Translations under genes and position numbers: made by a program
From: Candidatus Calescibacterium sp.
Lineage (GTDB): Bacteria; Calescibacteriota; Calescibacteriia; Calescibacteriales; Calescibacteriaceae
Assembly: GCA_032249135.1 (NCBI GenBank)
Contig: JAVVGL010000003.1
Location: forward strand, 1-64,000
Direction: 5' to 3'
DNA length: 64,000 nucleotides
Part shown: positions 10,538 to 21,232 of the stretch, piece after piece
Layout: every line of letters starts with the position of its first letter
Position numbering within the stretch: position 1 is the stretch's first letter
Notes under the pieces: model-generated
The model's database searches: none
Told to the model about the DNA's origin: nothing
Seen by the model: only the letters and a program-made list of their open reading frames with translations

Positions 10538-10636
10538 AAAAATAAAAGAAAGAACGAGAAACTTAAATCTTCCACAAAAACATCTCCGAGTATAAAAAAT
10601 AACTAAATTATTATAAAGAATAAAAAGAAAAACTTT

Positions 10637-11743
10637 ATGTCGCTTGGATTATACAAAGATGTATTCCCAATAAAGGAACCCGGAGAAAAAGAAGCAAAAT
10701 ACTACATAAAAAAAGGAGATATTGTAAAGTGTGTTCTATGTCCGCAAGGATGTGAAATAAAAGATGGTGAAGAAGGAAAGTGTTTAGTTAGAATAAATAG
10801 AGGGGGAAAACTCTGGGCTGCATCCTATGGTAAAATTGCAGCAATTCATCTTGACCCAATAGAAAAAAAACCTCTTTTTCATTTTTACCCAACATACAAA
10901 ATCCTATCTGTCGGATCAGTTGGATGCAACTTTTCTTGTAAATTTTGCCAAAACTGGGAACTCGTTGAAGGTCTTGCAAATGTATCTTATGTTTCACCAG
11001 AAGATTTAGCTTCTCTTGCAGTAAAACTCAAATATAAAAAAAATATCGGAATAGCCTTCACCTACAACGAACCTACAATATGGTTTGAATACATAATAGA
11101 TACAGCAAAAGTCTTAAAAGGTATTGACCCTGATATGAAAGTCGTTATGGTAACAAACGGATATATAAGCGCGAAACCTCTTGAAGAATTATCTGATTAT
11201 GTTGACGCTATGAACATAGATTTTAAATTCGCAAAAGAAGAGTACTACAAAGAAATAAGCGATGCTCATTTCAAACCGGTTCTCACAACAATAAAAAGAG
11301 CATGGGAACTATTCAAAATCAAAGGAAAACCCTTTATTGAACTCACATACCTTGTAATAACGGGAATAAACGACACGGAAGAAGATTTTGAAAAAATAAC
11401 AGACTTTGTAGCTCAAATAAGCCCAGAAATACCTTTCCATATTTCAAGATTTTTCCCACATTTTCTTATGAGTGATAGACCACCCACTCCTATTCCTACC
11501 CTAAAAAAAGCCTATGATATAGCAAAGAAAAAATTAAAGTATGTATATGTAGGAAATGTTTGGGGAGATGATGGAGAAAATACATATTGTCCAAACTGCA
11601 ACCAAATACTCATAAGAAGATATGGTTTCACTTCAGAAATAGTAGGAATAAAAAATGGCAGATGTTCAAATTGTGGTTATGAATTTTTTGGAATTCTTGA
11701 AGAATACAACGGAAATTTTCTCCAAAAATCAAAAAATATCTAA
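10637..11743 (+). CDS. amrS: AmmeMemoRadiSam system radical SAM enzyme
   Basis: CVLCP..C..C N-terminus, DPIEKKPLFHFYP, CNFSCKFCQNW, FTYNEP, YVYVGNV...TYCPNC. Confidence 0.9.
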   Translation: MSLGLYKDVFPIKEPGEKEAKYYIKKGDIVKCVLCPQGCEIKDGEEGKCLVRINRGGKLWAASYGKIAAIHLDPIEKKPLFHFYPTYKILSVGSVGCNFSCKFCQNWELVEGLANVSYVSPEDLASLAVKLKYKKNIGIAFTYNEPTIWFEYIIDTAKVLKGIDPDMKVVMVTNGYISAKPLEELSDYVDAMNIDFKFAKEEYYKEISDAHFKPVLTTIKRAWELFKIKGKPFIELTYLVITGINDTEEDFEKITDFVAQISPEIPFHISRFFPHFLMSDRPPTPIPTLKKAYDIAKKKLKYVYVGNVWGDDGENTYCPNCNQILIRRYGFTSEIVGIKNGRCSNCGYEFFGILEEYNGNFLQKSKNI

Positions 11744-11823
11744 CAAAATCAAAAAAATATCTAAAAAACCAACAAAAGAAAATAAATCAACAAAATAGAC
11801 AAAAATAGACAAAACATAAAAAG

Positions 11824-14217
11824 ATGATAAAAACACTCAAAAAGATTTCCGCCTCTTTAATACCTTTTCTCTTTATTACATTCCCTCTTTTAACCCAAAA
11901 AGTCTATCCGCAACAAATAAAAGATGTAGAAAGAGAAAATAATCAGGAAACAGAAAAAGTATCGGAAGGAAGCGATCGGGAAACTTGGCAAATATACGAG
12001 GTAAAAATTACGGGAGCAGAAAGGGTAAGTGAAGAATACATAAGGTCAGTGATTTTGAGCAAAGAAGGAAAAAAGTTAGACCCAATCACTTTAAGACAAG
12101 ATATAGAGAGAATTTTCAAACTTGATTTTTTTGACGATGTAAAAGCAGAATTCAAAGACGGAATTTTAACATTCTATCTTAAAGAAAAACCTATAATCTC
12201 AGAAATCCAAGTAGAAGGTAGAAAAGAACTTGAAGAAGAAAAATTCAAAGAAATAATGAAACTCAAACAAGGAGATTTTTTTGATGAAAGAAAGCTGAAA
12301 TCTCAAATAGACTCAATAATCTCAGAATATAGAAAACAGGGTTTTATTTTCACAAGAATTGAAAGCAAAATAGAACAACTACCACAGAACAGAGTTAAAG
12401 TAAAACTCAAAATAGAGGAAGGCAAAAAATTTCTTGTGAGAAAAATATTGTTTTCAGGAGCAAAAAAGTTAAGTGAAGATGAACTCAAAAAATGCATACA
12501 AACAAAAGAGACAAATCCTCTCAAAAAAATAGTCAGAGAAGGCAAAGTAGATATAAACACGGTAAATTTAGATAAAGAGAACACAAAGATATGTTATCTT
12601 GATTGGGGTTTTCTTGACGCAGAAATCAAATCTCCTCCTGCACTCATAATTAATCCCGCAAAGGAAGAAACATTAGTCTTGTTCAGAGTTGCAAACGAGG
12701 GAGAAAGATACAAAGTAAAAAGATTAAATTTAGCAGGAGACATTATCTTTGACAAAGAACAAATAATTGACAACCTCAAAACCAAAGAAAACGAATTCGT
12801 TTCAAGAAAAAAAATACTTGAAGATATAGAATGGATAACCTCTCTCTACCAGGATGTAGGATTTGGTCAAGCAAGAGTAGATCCTCTTATTTCAAAAGAA
12901 AAAAACCTGGTAGATATTGATTTTCAAATTTCACGAGGAGATATATCTTATATAAAGAATATAAACATAAAGGGGAACACAAGAACGAGAGATTTCGTAA
13001 TAAGACGCAATATTTCTCTGCTTGAAGGAGAAGCTTTTTCAAGAACAGCACTTGTGAAATCTTACTTTTCCTTAATGAGAACAGGATTTTTTGAAAAAGT
13101 AGATATTAACCCGATATTCCTTGAAGATAACAGAGTAGATTTAGATATAGAGGTAAAAGAAGGAAGAATGGGAGCAATTTCTCTGGGTGGAGGATTCAGC
13201 CCACAATTTGGTAACTTTTTCCAATCTCTTTTCCTTATGTTTCAAGGACAACTTGCGAATTTCAGAGGAATGGGGCAAAATTTAGGATTTTACCTTGCTC
13301 TTGGAGGAGGGTTCGCCTTCTTCAATTTCTATTTCCAAGACGACCACGCGTTTGATACAGATTACATCATGGGTATAAACCTTTTCAGATACCAGAGCTT
13401 CTTTTTACCATTCAGAAAAATATCAACCGGCGGGAAATTCAATACAGGATTTTTCCTTGAAGAAAAAACAAAATTTGTACTGTCTCCCGGAATGGAAATA
13501 GTAGATGTTTATGATAGGAGAACCGGTCTTAGAATTCCCCTTTACCAAGATGACCCCGGAGCTGGATTCGGTAGAAGCGATCTGAGGTTCCTTAGAGCAG
13601 AAATAAGAAACGATACAAGAGATAATCCTCTCGCTCCCTCACGAGGGAGACTCATAACTTTGTGGAGCAAAGTAGGAGGTGTATTCGGAGGTGACCTATA
13701 CTATGTGAAATTTGGTATATCAAATACATTTTTCATACCGATAAAATGGGGAATTGTATTCTCACCTGCGTTAAGATTGGGCGGAGGATTTGGACTAACC
13801 GCATCAAGGTTTCTGCCATATCCAGAAAGATTCTTTGCAGGCGGAATATATTCTATGAGAGGATATGAATATTTTTCACTTGGAAGAAAAGTACAAGTTC
13901 CAGGAATTGGCGAAATAGTTCTTGGGGGAAATAAATCAGTAATTTCAAATCTTGAACTCATATTTCCTGTGGTAAGACAGGCAGGATTATTTTTTGTTCT
14001 GTTTTCTGACATAGGTCAAGTCTTCGCAGAACAAGAAAAAATAGATATCCTAAATTTTAGAGCATCATACGGATTTGAAATAAGATGGATTTCTCCTTTT
14101 GGTCCAATAAGATTTTCAATAGGATTCCCTCTCGTAAAGAAACGAGGAGATCAATTCAGAGTTTTTGATTTTTCTTTGGGATTATTCCAGTTTTATCCAG
14201 AACTTGAAGAATTCTAA
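11824..14217 (+). CDS. bamA: Outer membrane protein assembly factor BamA
   Basis: Signal peptide, POTRA repeats (GNTRTRDFVIRR), FFAGG..SMRGY, WISPFGPIRFS. Confidence 0.92.
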   Translation: MIKTLKKISASLIPFLFITFPLLTQKVYPQQIKDVERENNQETEKVSEGSDRETWQIYEVKITGAERVSEEYIRSVILSKEGKKLDPITLRQDIERIFKLDFFDDVKAEFKDGILTFYLKEKPIISEIQVEGRKELEEEKFKEIMKLKQGDFFDERKLKSQIDSIISEYRKQGFIFTRIESKIEQLPQNRVKVKLKIEEGKKFLVRKILFSGAKKLSEDELKKCIQTKETNPLKKIVREGKVDINTVNLDKENTKICYLDWGFLDAEIKSPPALIINPAKEETLVLFRVANEGERYKVKRLNLAGDIIFDKEQIIDNLKTKENEFVSRKKILEDIEWITSLYQDVGFGQARVDPLISKEKNLVDIDFQISRGDISYIKNINIKGNTRTRDFVIRRNISLLEGEAFSRTALVKSYFSLMRTGFFEKVDINPIFLEDNRVDLDIEVKEGRMGAISLGGGFSPQFGNFFQSLFLMFQGQLANFRGMGQNLGFYLALGGGFAFFNFYFQDDHAFDTDYIMGINLFRYQSFFLPFRKISTGGKFNTGFFLEEKTKFVLSPGMEIVDVYDRRTGLRIPLYQDDPGAGFGRSDLRFLRAEIRNDTRDNPLAPSRGRLITLWSKVGGVFGGDLYYVKFGISNTFFIPIKWGIVFSPALRLGGGFGLTASRFLPYPERFFAGGIYSMRGYEYFSLGRKVQVPGIGEIVLGGNKSVISNLELIFPVVRQAGLFFVLFSDIGQVFAEQEKIDILNFRASYGFEIRWISPFGPIRFSIGFPLVKKRGDQFRVFDFSLGLFQFYPELEEF

Positions 14218-14258
14218 TTTCAATTATATTTTTTCTTTCTGATTATACATTTTTCTTT

Positions 14259-15542
14259 CTAATCATATTTTTCCAGTAGCCATTTCCACAGTGGAATAAA
14301 CTTTATAATTTTTCCATCGTATTTTCCTTCTGCTTCGTAGTCCCACGAGATGATTTCAAGATTTTTACAATTTAGTTCATCTGATGCATCTGACAATGCC
14401 TTTATTTCCCTCTCTTTTGTTTTTGGATCCGCTGCGTTATAGCAAACTTGTATTAGTTTTTCTGCTTTCGGTCCTTGCTTTACTACAAAATCAACTTCTT
14501 TTCCTTTTTTCGCCTTGTAATAGAATAAATCTAAATTTGGTCTGAAATTTCTTCTCAAAAGCTCACAGAAAACAGCATTTTCCATAAGCTTTCCTATATT
14601 TACAGAAAGTTGAAAAGTTTTTGCTAATACAAAGCCATTATCTACGGCATAAATCTTTTTTGGAACCTTGATTTGCTCTTTTAATTTGAAGGAAAATCTA
14701 TTCAGCATAAACAAAAGGTAAGATTCTTCCAAATACCTTACATAGTTTTGAGTAGTAGTTACACTTTTTAACCCTAATATGTTCTTTATTTTCGTGAAAC
14801 TAAATTCAGATGAAAGGTTTGATAGCAAATAAATCGCCAAGTCATAAATCTGCGGAACAAATCTTACTTTGTATCTTTTCACTACATCTTTGAGCAATAT
14901 TGCATCAAATAAAGTTTCAAGATAAATTTTGGCATCTAAATTTTTAACTACTACCTCCGGAAATCCCCCGGAAAAAATGTATTCGCTGAGAAGATTTAGA
15001 ATTTTGCCTTTGATTTCTGGTAAGTGTAATTTCTCTTTGTCTAACTCAAAGTTTTTGGCTTTCAGAAACTCTCTGAAACTAAATGGCAAAACTTTTATTG
15101 ATATATATCTTCCCGTCAAAACCGAAGAGATTTCTCTTTCCAAAAGCTTTGAGTTAGAACTAGTAATTATAAGGTTAAAATTTCTCCTATGAAGTTTATT
15201 TACAAAAAGTTCCCATTTATCTAAATTTTGTATCTCGTCGAACAAAAAATATTTGGCATCAGGATAAACTTCATACAAAGCTTTGATAATCTCATCATAA
15301 TTTTTGATTTTCAGTAGGTTCTCATCGTCAAAATTCAAGTAGGCAAAATTTTTATTTCTCAAAAGTAAAATACAGAACACAGATTTCCCCGCTCTTCTCG
15401 GACCGCTGATAACCTTTACAATATTTTCATCTAAAAATTTTTGAGCATACGGTATAGATTCGCGCAAGACATATTTTTCAGCCTGCAAAACAAAACGCTC
15501 CTTTTCTGCTTTGTGCTGCAAAACTATCTCCCTTATCATCAT
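14259..15542 (-). CDS. AAA+ ATPase with C-terminal nuclease-like domain (AAA_14 + DUF4143 type)
   Basis: GPRRAGKS, FLFDEIQ, LTGR, GGFPE, PKKIYAVDNG, MENAVF, KEVDFV...IQVC. Confidence 0.85.
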   Translation of the reverse strand: MMIREIVLQHKAEKERFVLQAEKYVLRESIPYAQKFLDENIVKVISGPRRAGKSVFCILLLRNKNFAYLNFDDENLLKIKNYDEIIKALYEVYPDAKYFLFDEIQNLDKWELFVNKLHRRNFNLIITSSNSKLLEREISSVLTGRYISIKVLPFSFREFLKAKNFELDKEKLHLPEIKGKILNLLSEYIFSGGFPEVVVKNLDAKIYLETLFDAILLKDVVKRYKVRFVPQIYDLAIYLLSNLSSEFSFTKIKNILGLKSVTTTQNYVRYLEESYLLFMLNRFSFKLKEQIKVPKKIYAVDNGFVLAKTFQLSVNIGKLMENAVFCELLRRNFRPNLDLFYYKAKKGKEVDFVVKQGPKAEKLIQVCYNAADPKTKEREIKALSDASDELNCKNLEIISWDYEAEGKYDGKIIKFIPLWKWLLEKYD

Positions 15543-15635
15543 CTTTTATAATCTTACTGGATAAAAATTTAAAATTTTGTCCAGTACAGTTTGAAAAATG
15601 AACAAAAAAAATTTTTCAGATTTTCTTTGGCTCGG

Positions 15636-16337
15636 CTAAGGACAAACCTGAATTATACTTCCAGCTACCGTATCATTTTCTAAAAGAAACTTTATAGCAG
15701 AAATCACCTCATCTATTGCTCCATATTTTTTTGTAGCCGTTTTTTGAGCAACTTTTTTCAGATATTCTTCGTTTTCGCCTTCGGGCGGTAAAATTGGTCC
15801 GAGCGCAACTCCATTTACAAGAACTTCCGGAGCAAAAAATTTAAAAAGATGCTCAACTAAATACCTGCCCAACTCTTTCCCAAGATGATATGGTATAAAA
15901 TTTCTTCTTGCTCTCTCAACATCTAAAATAAAAATAGCCTTACCTGTTTTTCCTTTTTCTTTCAGAGAATCCCACATAGCTTTTATAAGCAGAAAATGGA
16001 ATAAAAAATTTACCCTCATACTTTTCTCTATTTCCTCTAATGTGAGATTTTCAATTGGTATTTTCTCAAACGAACTTGCATTGCATATTATAACATCTGA
16101 TCTTTTCGCATAATCTAAAAGAGAATTTAGATCTTCAATACGAGTCATATCAGCTTTTATCAGCTCAACTTTTACTCCTTTGTTCTCACACTCTTTTTTC
16201 AGCTCCGAAGCTTGATTTTCTGATGAAAAATAGTGTATAAAAAGATTTCCTCCTTGCTCCGCAATAAATAAAGAAATTTCTTTACCTAATCTCCTTGCTC
16301 CTCCTGTTATGAGAAAAAACTTACCTTTTACTTCCAT
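15636..16337 (-). CDS. SDR family oxidoreductase (pteridine reductase-like)
   Basis: TGGARRLG, CNAS, YxxxK (YHLGK), VNGVALGPIL. Confidence 0.8.
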   Translation of the reverse strand: MEVKGKFFLITGGARRLGKEISLFIAEQGGNLFIHYFSSENQASELKKECENKGVKVELIKADMTRIEDLNSLLDYAKRSDVIICNASSFEKIPIENLTLEEIEKSMRVNFLFHFLLIKAMWDSLKEKGKTGKAIFILDVERARRNFIPYHLGKELGRYLVEHLFKFFAPEVLVNGVALGPILPPEGENEEYLKKVAQKTATKKYGAIDEVISAIKFLLENDTVAGSIIQVCP

Positions 16338-16415
16338 TACAGAGAAAATTTATTCGGGAATTTTATTCTTTCAAACAAACAAATAAAGAAAATTTATGAA
16401 TCAAAACTACAAAAC

Positions 16416-16775
16416 CTAAAACTTTCCACGAGAGATTTTTTGTTTTCCAGAGCTTATGAAACCTTTGTTCAAAAATTCCAAGTTATTTGATATTGCTTTT
16501 TTGAGAATATCTGATATGCCAAAATCCACAGACCTCGCCAAAGTTTCGATTACAAGGTCTTTGTAAAAATATCCGTACCTTTCAGAAAGTTCTCCACTGA
16601 TCACAAAAGCATCTTTTAAAAACTCTTTTACAAAGAAAACTTCAAACTCACGGGCTACCTCATCTATAACTTTTCCCTTTTGGGAAGGCTTCGGGAGACA
16701 AGTAATACATGAGAAACTTCCTATTATATTATTGTCTCTAAATCTACTGAAACTCTGTATTCCGCTTGGTTTCAT
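16416..16775 (-). CDS. flgJ: FlgJ-like rod-binding protein without muramidase domain
   Basis: EVAREFEVFFVKEFLK resembles the rod-binding motif; follows flgI. Confidence 0.6.
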   Translation of the reverse strand: MKPSGIQSFSRFRDNNIIGSFSCITCLPKPSQKGKVIDEVAREFEVFFVKEFLKDAFVISGELSERYGYFYKDLVIETLARSVDFGISDILKKAISNNLEFLNKGFISSGKQKISRGKF

Positions 16776-16859
16776 GGAAGGATCTTCTTTATATTCTGTT
16801 TCAACGTTTTTGCTTTACTTTTCCTTTTTTCATTCTTTTTCTTTTCTTCTTTTTTCATA

Positions 16860-18008
16860 TTACTGGGTAGATATGTGAGCATGCAAAGCACCTGCTGCTT
16901 TTATCGCCTGCAAAATAGCGATTATATCTTGCGGAGAAGCACCTATTTTATTGAGTTCTCGCACAAGCTCGTCAACAGTAGTTACAGGTCCCAATATATT
17001 AACCTTTCTTTTTTCAAATTTCGAGGTAGCGGTGGAAAATTCTGGGGGTAGGGGTGAAGGTTCTTTCCCTATTTTTACAACTATGTCTCCATGTGACACC
17101 GCTACCTCGGAAATTCCTACTTCTCTTCCCATAACGACAGTTCCTGTTCTTTCGTTTATCACGACACGGGCGGGAGCGTCTGGATTAACTTCTATATTCT
17201 CTATTATAGATATGAACTCCGCAACTCTTCCTGTGAATTCCAAAGGTATAGCGACAAAAATTGTTCCCGCATCTTGAACATACGCAAGATCAACTCCGGA
17301 AAATGAGTTTATAGCATCAGCAACGGACTTTGCAGTAGAAAAATCGGGAGTGTCAAGAAATATTCTTATAAATTTTTTCTCGTTCAAAGAGTGATGCAAT
17401 TCTCTTTCAACTATTGCTCCTTTTGGGATTCTTCCCGAAGTCGGGAATCCACCTTCAAGAGTAGATGGTGAGCGGGAAATTTCACGACCGCCTGTTATTA
17501 TTTGTCCCTGTGCTGTTGCCCAAATTTTACCATCTGGACCAAAAAGAGGTGTTAGAATGAGCTCTCCACCTCTCAAACTCCTTGCATCCCCTATAGCAGA
17601 AACATTAACATCAATTCTCATTCCTGGTTTAGCGTAAGGTGGGAGTTCAGCGGTTACCATACATAAAGCCGAATCTCTTGGTCTCAAAGTTCTCGGAGCT
17701 ACGATTCCGAAACTTTTGAGTGCGGTAGGATCAGGTCTTATTCCCATTTTTTGTAAAAGGTTTATTATTGTTTGAACTGTAAGATTAGGAGAGATTATAT
17801 CACCTGTACCTCTCAGACCAACGACTATTCCAAATCCAACAAGGAAATTAGATCTTTGCCCTTCAACATTCGCTATATCTTTTATTCTTGCTGAATACGA
17901 TTTTTCGGGAGCAATTGAAATAAAGCTAAGAACGAGAAAACTCAAAATCAATCCCATTTTTTTCTTCCTGTTATATTTATTCATCATTTTTATTCTTTCA
18001 GTTCTCAT
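16860..18008 (-). CDS. flgI: Flagellar P-ring protein (probable start 18008, SD GGAGG)
   Basis: ARIKDIA, NFLVGFGIVVGLRGTGD, GDARSLRGG, ARVVINERTGTVV, IAILQAIKAAGALHA. Confidence 0.95.
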   Translation of the reverse strand: MRTERIKMMNKYNRKKKMGLILSFLVLSFISIAPEKSYSARIKDIANVEGQRSNFLVGFGIVVGLRGTGDIISPNLTVQTIINLLQKMGIRPDPTALKSFGIVAPRTLRPRDSALCMVTAELPPYAKPGMRIDVNVSAIGDARSLRGGELILTPLFGPDGKIWATAQGQIITGGREISRSPSTLEGGFPTSGRIPKGAIVERELHHSLNEKKFIRIFLDTPDFSTAKSVADAINSFSGVDLAYVQDAGTIFVAIPLEFTGRVAEFISIIENIEVNPDAPARVVINERTGTVVMGREVGISEVAVSHGDIVVKIGKEPSPLPPEFSTATSKFEKRKVNILGPVTTVDELVRELNKIGASPQDIIAILQAIKAAGALHAHISTQ

Positions 18009-18046
18009 AATATACCCTCCCATAATATACTTTCTTTTTTTTGTTT

Positions 18047-18751
18047 TTAGAATGGAGAGATGAAATCTAATATTTTTTGTAGCCAACCTTGCTTTTTCTT
18101 TTGAGCAAAGTCGCCCTCTGAAACATACTCTATTCTTGCATTTACAAGAGAGGTTGAGAGGACAGAGTTATCGTGCATTATGTCTTCCGGTCTCACTATT
18201 CCCTTGACATATATTTTTTGCAGTTCCGAATCATGCCTTATATATTTTTCTCCTTCTATAAGAAGATTTCCTGATGGGAGAACTTTTATAACTCGGGCTC
18301 CAACGGTTGCTATGAACAAATTCTCACTGTTTTGAACACCTTTTGATGAGAAAGAATTTTTACCCCCAGCTTGAGCTCCTAACGATATTCCATCTTTTAT
18401 TTTTCCTTTTTCAGATAAGCTCGCCCCCATGCCATAATTTATAGATGAATTTCTTGACATATCTTTTCTCTGATCGTTTCTAGCTTTTACGGTTTCAACT
18501 ATTCTGACTATGACAACATCACCTACTCTTTTTGCTTTGAGGTCTGAATATATATTTGAAAGGGGACTTCCATCATAAAACAAAGAGCCTTCCTGTGGGA
18601 TGGGCTGTTCAGCTGGTTCTTCTACATCTTGAACTTTTGGAAATTCAGGCTCTTTTTTTGTTGCGCAACCTGAAATCAAAAGAGAAATAAAAACTCCAAA
18701 AATCAAGAACTTTTCTTTTTTTCTTTCTAATTTTTTGTCATACTTTGCCAT
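18047..18751 (-). CDS. flgH: Flagellar L-ring lipoprotein
   Basis: Lipobox ISGC, DLKAKRVGD, VLPSGNLLIEGEK, GIVRPEDI, GWLQKILDFISPF. Confidence 0.95.
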   Translation of the reverse strand: MAKYDKKLERKKEKFLIFGVFISLLISGCATKKEPEFPKVQDVEEPAEQPIPQEGSLFYDGSPLSNIYSDLKAKRVGDVVIVRIVETVKARNDQRKDMSRNSSINYGMGASLSEKGKIKDGISLGAQAGGKNSFSSKGVQNSENLFIATVGARVIKVLPSGNLLIEGEKYIRHDSELQKIYVKGIVRPEDIMHDNSVLSTSLVNARIEYVSEGDFAQKKKQGWLQKILDFISPF

Positions 18752-18800
18752 CTTTATCCCCCGCCTCTTTAAATTTTTTCTTCACCTGTTTTATTCTCCT

Positions 18801-19457
18801 TTACTTTACTTCAACTATCTTATTTTCTCTTGCTACTCCATAAACTACTTTGTTTGACCTCATGTTTCTTACCTTTACTGTTTCTCCTTCCTTAGCGTTG
18901 GAAAGAGCAAGTCCCGGAAATTCAACATAAATTATTCCAGAATTGAGAACTATTTTTACTCTATCACCTTTTCTTATCGCAATATCTTCTCTGAGATGAG
19001 TTTTTCTCAAAACCTCCCCCTTTCCAACTGGGACTTTAAGATATAACTCTTTCTGCTCAATATCTTCTTTGCTTATAAAGTCAGAAGGAGCTAAAGTAGA
19101 ATAAACTTCTCTGAATTCAAAATCTTTCTCATCTACCCTCTCTCCTTTTTCAATTCTTCTCTTTGCAACTGGTATCATAATCTTTCTATCTATAAAAGCA
19201 AAAATCGTTCCAGTGAAATTTTTTCCCTCTTTCTGGAAATAAGCTGTAAAAACTTTTCTACCCAGAGCCTTTGAATCACGAGGAACAATTTCAACAGCAT
19301 CAAAATCTTCAAGCTTCATCTTTAAAGGTATATGCAAAGATAGAATTTTCACCTCACAATCCTTACAATCTGAAATTCCCCTTATCATGTTTTCAATATC
19401 TTGATAAGTAAGTTTCGTGAGAACAAAAAGTGAAAGAAAAACTGTACCAAAAAACAT
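18801..19457 (-). CDS. flgA: P-ring formation chaperone
   Basis: SAF-like region; IRKGDRV...GLALSNAKEGETVKVRNMRSNKVV; between flgG and flgH. Confidence 0.85.
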   Translation of the reverse strand: MFFGTVFLSLFVLTKLTYQDIENMIRGISDCKDCEVKILSLHIPLKMKLEDFDAVEIVPRDSKALGRKVFTAYFQKEGKNFTGTIFAFIDRKIMIPVAKRRIEKGERVDEKDFEFREVYSTLAPSDFISKEDIEQKELYLKVPVGKGEVLRKTHLREDIAIRKGDRVKIVLNSGIIYVEFPGLALSNAKEGETVKVRNMRSNKVVYGVARENKIVEVK

Positions 19458-19486
19458 ATAAATTATTCCTCCTTTCTTTATATTTT

Positions 19487-20281
19487 CTATCTTACAATAT
19501 TCACAGTTGTTGCCATCATATTATCTGTTGCAGTAACAGCTCGTGAATTCATTTCATAAACCCTTTGAGCAAGAAGCATAGCAACCATCTCCTGAATTGC
19601 ATTCACATTAGAAACTTCCAGAAAACCTTGAAGAATCCTACCAAACCCTTCCTCTCCCGGAATACCAATTATAGGGTCTCCCGATGCAAATGTCTGAACA
19701 AAGAGATTCTTTCCGATTGCTTTCAAACCTGAGGGATTTATAAAGCGCGCAAGTTCAATCTGCCCCAAAACAACGGGAGAATCCTCCTGCCCCGGAATTA
19801 TACCCGTTACAACTCCATCAGGACTTATTTGCACTTGGACTATCTCTTGGGGGACAACTATTTCAGGAAATAACGGATGACCTTCCGGTGTTACAATCAC
19901 TCCCTCTGCGGATTTCTGGAAGTTTCCGGCTCTTGTGTAAGCTATTCTGCCATCTGGTAAAAGAACTTGAAAAAATCCTTCACTATCTATTGCAATGTCA
20001 AGTTCTCTATTCGTTTCAAGCAACTCACCTGGGGACATTATTTTTGTTACTCCTGAAAGTTTTGTTCCAGCTCCTATTTGCGCGCCAGTTGGATGATTTG
20101 TAGATTGTAAAGAAGTCTCTGCACCCGGAATAAGTAAATCTTGATAAACCAGGTCTTCAAATTCAGCTCTTGATTTTTTGAAACCAGGAGTAGATACATT
20201 TGCAAGGTTGTTTGAAATAACATCAAGGTTCTGCTGTTGAGCTATCATTCCTGTTGCTGCTGTCCACAAAGACCTAAACAT
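19487..20281 (-). CDS. flgG: Flagellar distal rod protein
   Basis: SLWTAATGMIAQQQNLDVISNNLANVSTPGFKK, YTRAGNF, GFLEVSNVN. Confidence 0.95.
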   Translation of the reverse strand: MFRSLWTAATGMIAQQQNLDVISNNLANVSTPGFKKSRAEFEDLVYQDLLIPGAETSLQSTNHPTGAQIGAGTKLSGVTKIMSPGELLETNRELDIAIDSEGFFQVLLPDGRIAYTRAGNFQKSAEGVIVTPEGHPLFPEIVVPQEIVQVQISPDGVVTGIIPGQEDSPVVLGQIELARFINPSGLKAIGKNLFVQTFASGDPIIGIPGEEGFGRILQGFLEVSNVNAIQEMVAMLLAQRVYEMNSRAVTATDNMMATTVNIVR

Positions 20282-20354
20282 ATTTTCTCACCTCCTTTTT
20301 AGTTTTTTAAATTTTAAATTCCAAACCAACCATACTAATATCAGTTCCATAATA

Positions 20355-21167
20355 CTAAACTCTTCCTAAATCTCTAATAGATGTCGCCAATGTAGAATCA
20401 ACCGTAGTAATAACCCTTGTATTTGCTTCAAAAGCTCTTTGAACCTCTATTATAGATATCATCTCAGATATTGGGTTTACATTAGAAGATTCCAAAAACC
20501 CTTGCAATATTTCGTAGTTTTGAGCTTCCTCAACATAGCTCATATCTTGAACATCAAAGAGGTTTTCTCCGACTTTGCGAGTTATGGTTATATCTTGCGG
20601 TAAAGAATAGACGGCTATTTTATCTACAAATATGCTTTTTCTTTCTTCCCCGTGCCTTACACCAACAAAAACTCCACCATCTGGCGTGATAACCACATCT
20701 TCTGGAGACCATTCTTCAAATGGTATTCTTATTGGTTCCCCTTTTTGTCCCAAGAGCTTATGACCTTGTTGAGTTATAATATAACCTTCTGGCGAGAGAG
20801 TGAAATTTCCAGCTCTTGTAAATTTCATCCCGTCTTCGGTCATCACAGCAAAGAATCCATCTCCGTTTATAGCAAGGTCAAAAGTATTACCAGTTTCAAC
20901 GAGAGCTCCCTGGGAGAAATCTATATATGTTTCATCAAACAATACAAATCTTTGGCTTACTTGCTCGGTGTGTAGGTCAAAGTAAAGTTTTGGAGAAAGA
21001 GGAGTAATTGGAGATACCGGTTCATACAAACCTTCAAAAGCCACTATATTTTTTTTGTATCCATAAGTTGAAGCGTTTGCAAGGTTATTCGTTATAACCT
21101 CAAGTTTCCTTTGATTTGCATAAGCTCCCGCAGTTGCTATGTAGAGAGCTTGATGAGAAAGTCCCAT
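20355..21167 (-). CDS. flgF: Flagellar proximal rod protein
   Basis: NNLANASTYGYK, DFSQG..ETGNTFDLAI.GDGFF, GFLESSNVN; precedes flgG. Confidence 0.9.
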   Translation of the reverse strand: MGLSHQALYIATAGAYANQRKLEVITNNLANASTYGYKKNIVAFEGLYEPVSPITPLSPKLYFDLHTEQVSQRFVLFDETYIDFSQGALVETGNTFDLAINGDGFFAVMTEDGMKFTRAGNFTLSPEGYIITQQGHKLLGQKGEPIRIPFEEWSPEDVVITPDGGVFVGVRHGEERKSIFVDKIAVYSLPQDITITRKVGENLFDVQDMSYVEEAQNYEILQGFLESSNVNPISEMISIIEVQRAFEANTRVITTVDSTLATSIRDLGRV

Positions 21168-21179
21168 CTCACGATTTTA

Positions 21180-21196
21180 AGCAAAATGCGTTCCAG
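21180..21196 (-). promoter_or_regulatory. Sigma-54 (-24/-12) promoter of flgFGAHIJ
   Basis: Minus strand CTGGAACGCATTTTGCT = GG-N10-GC, close to the consensus TGGCACG-N4-TTGC. Confidence 0.75.
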
Positions 21197-21232
21197 AGGA
21201 AAATTTTTCCTAATTGGTCTCAAAGTCTTATT

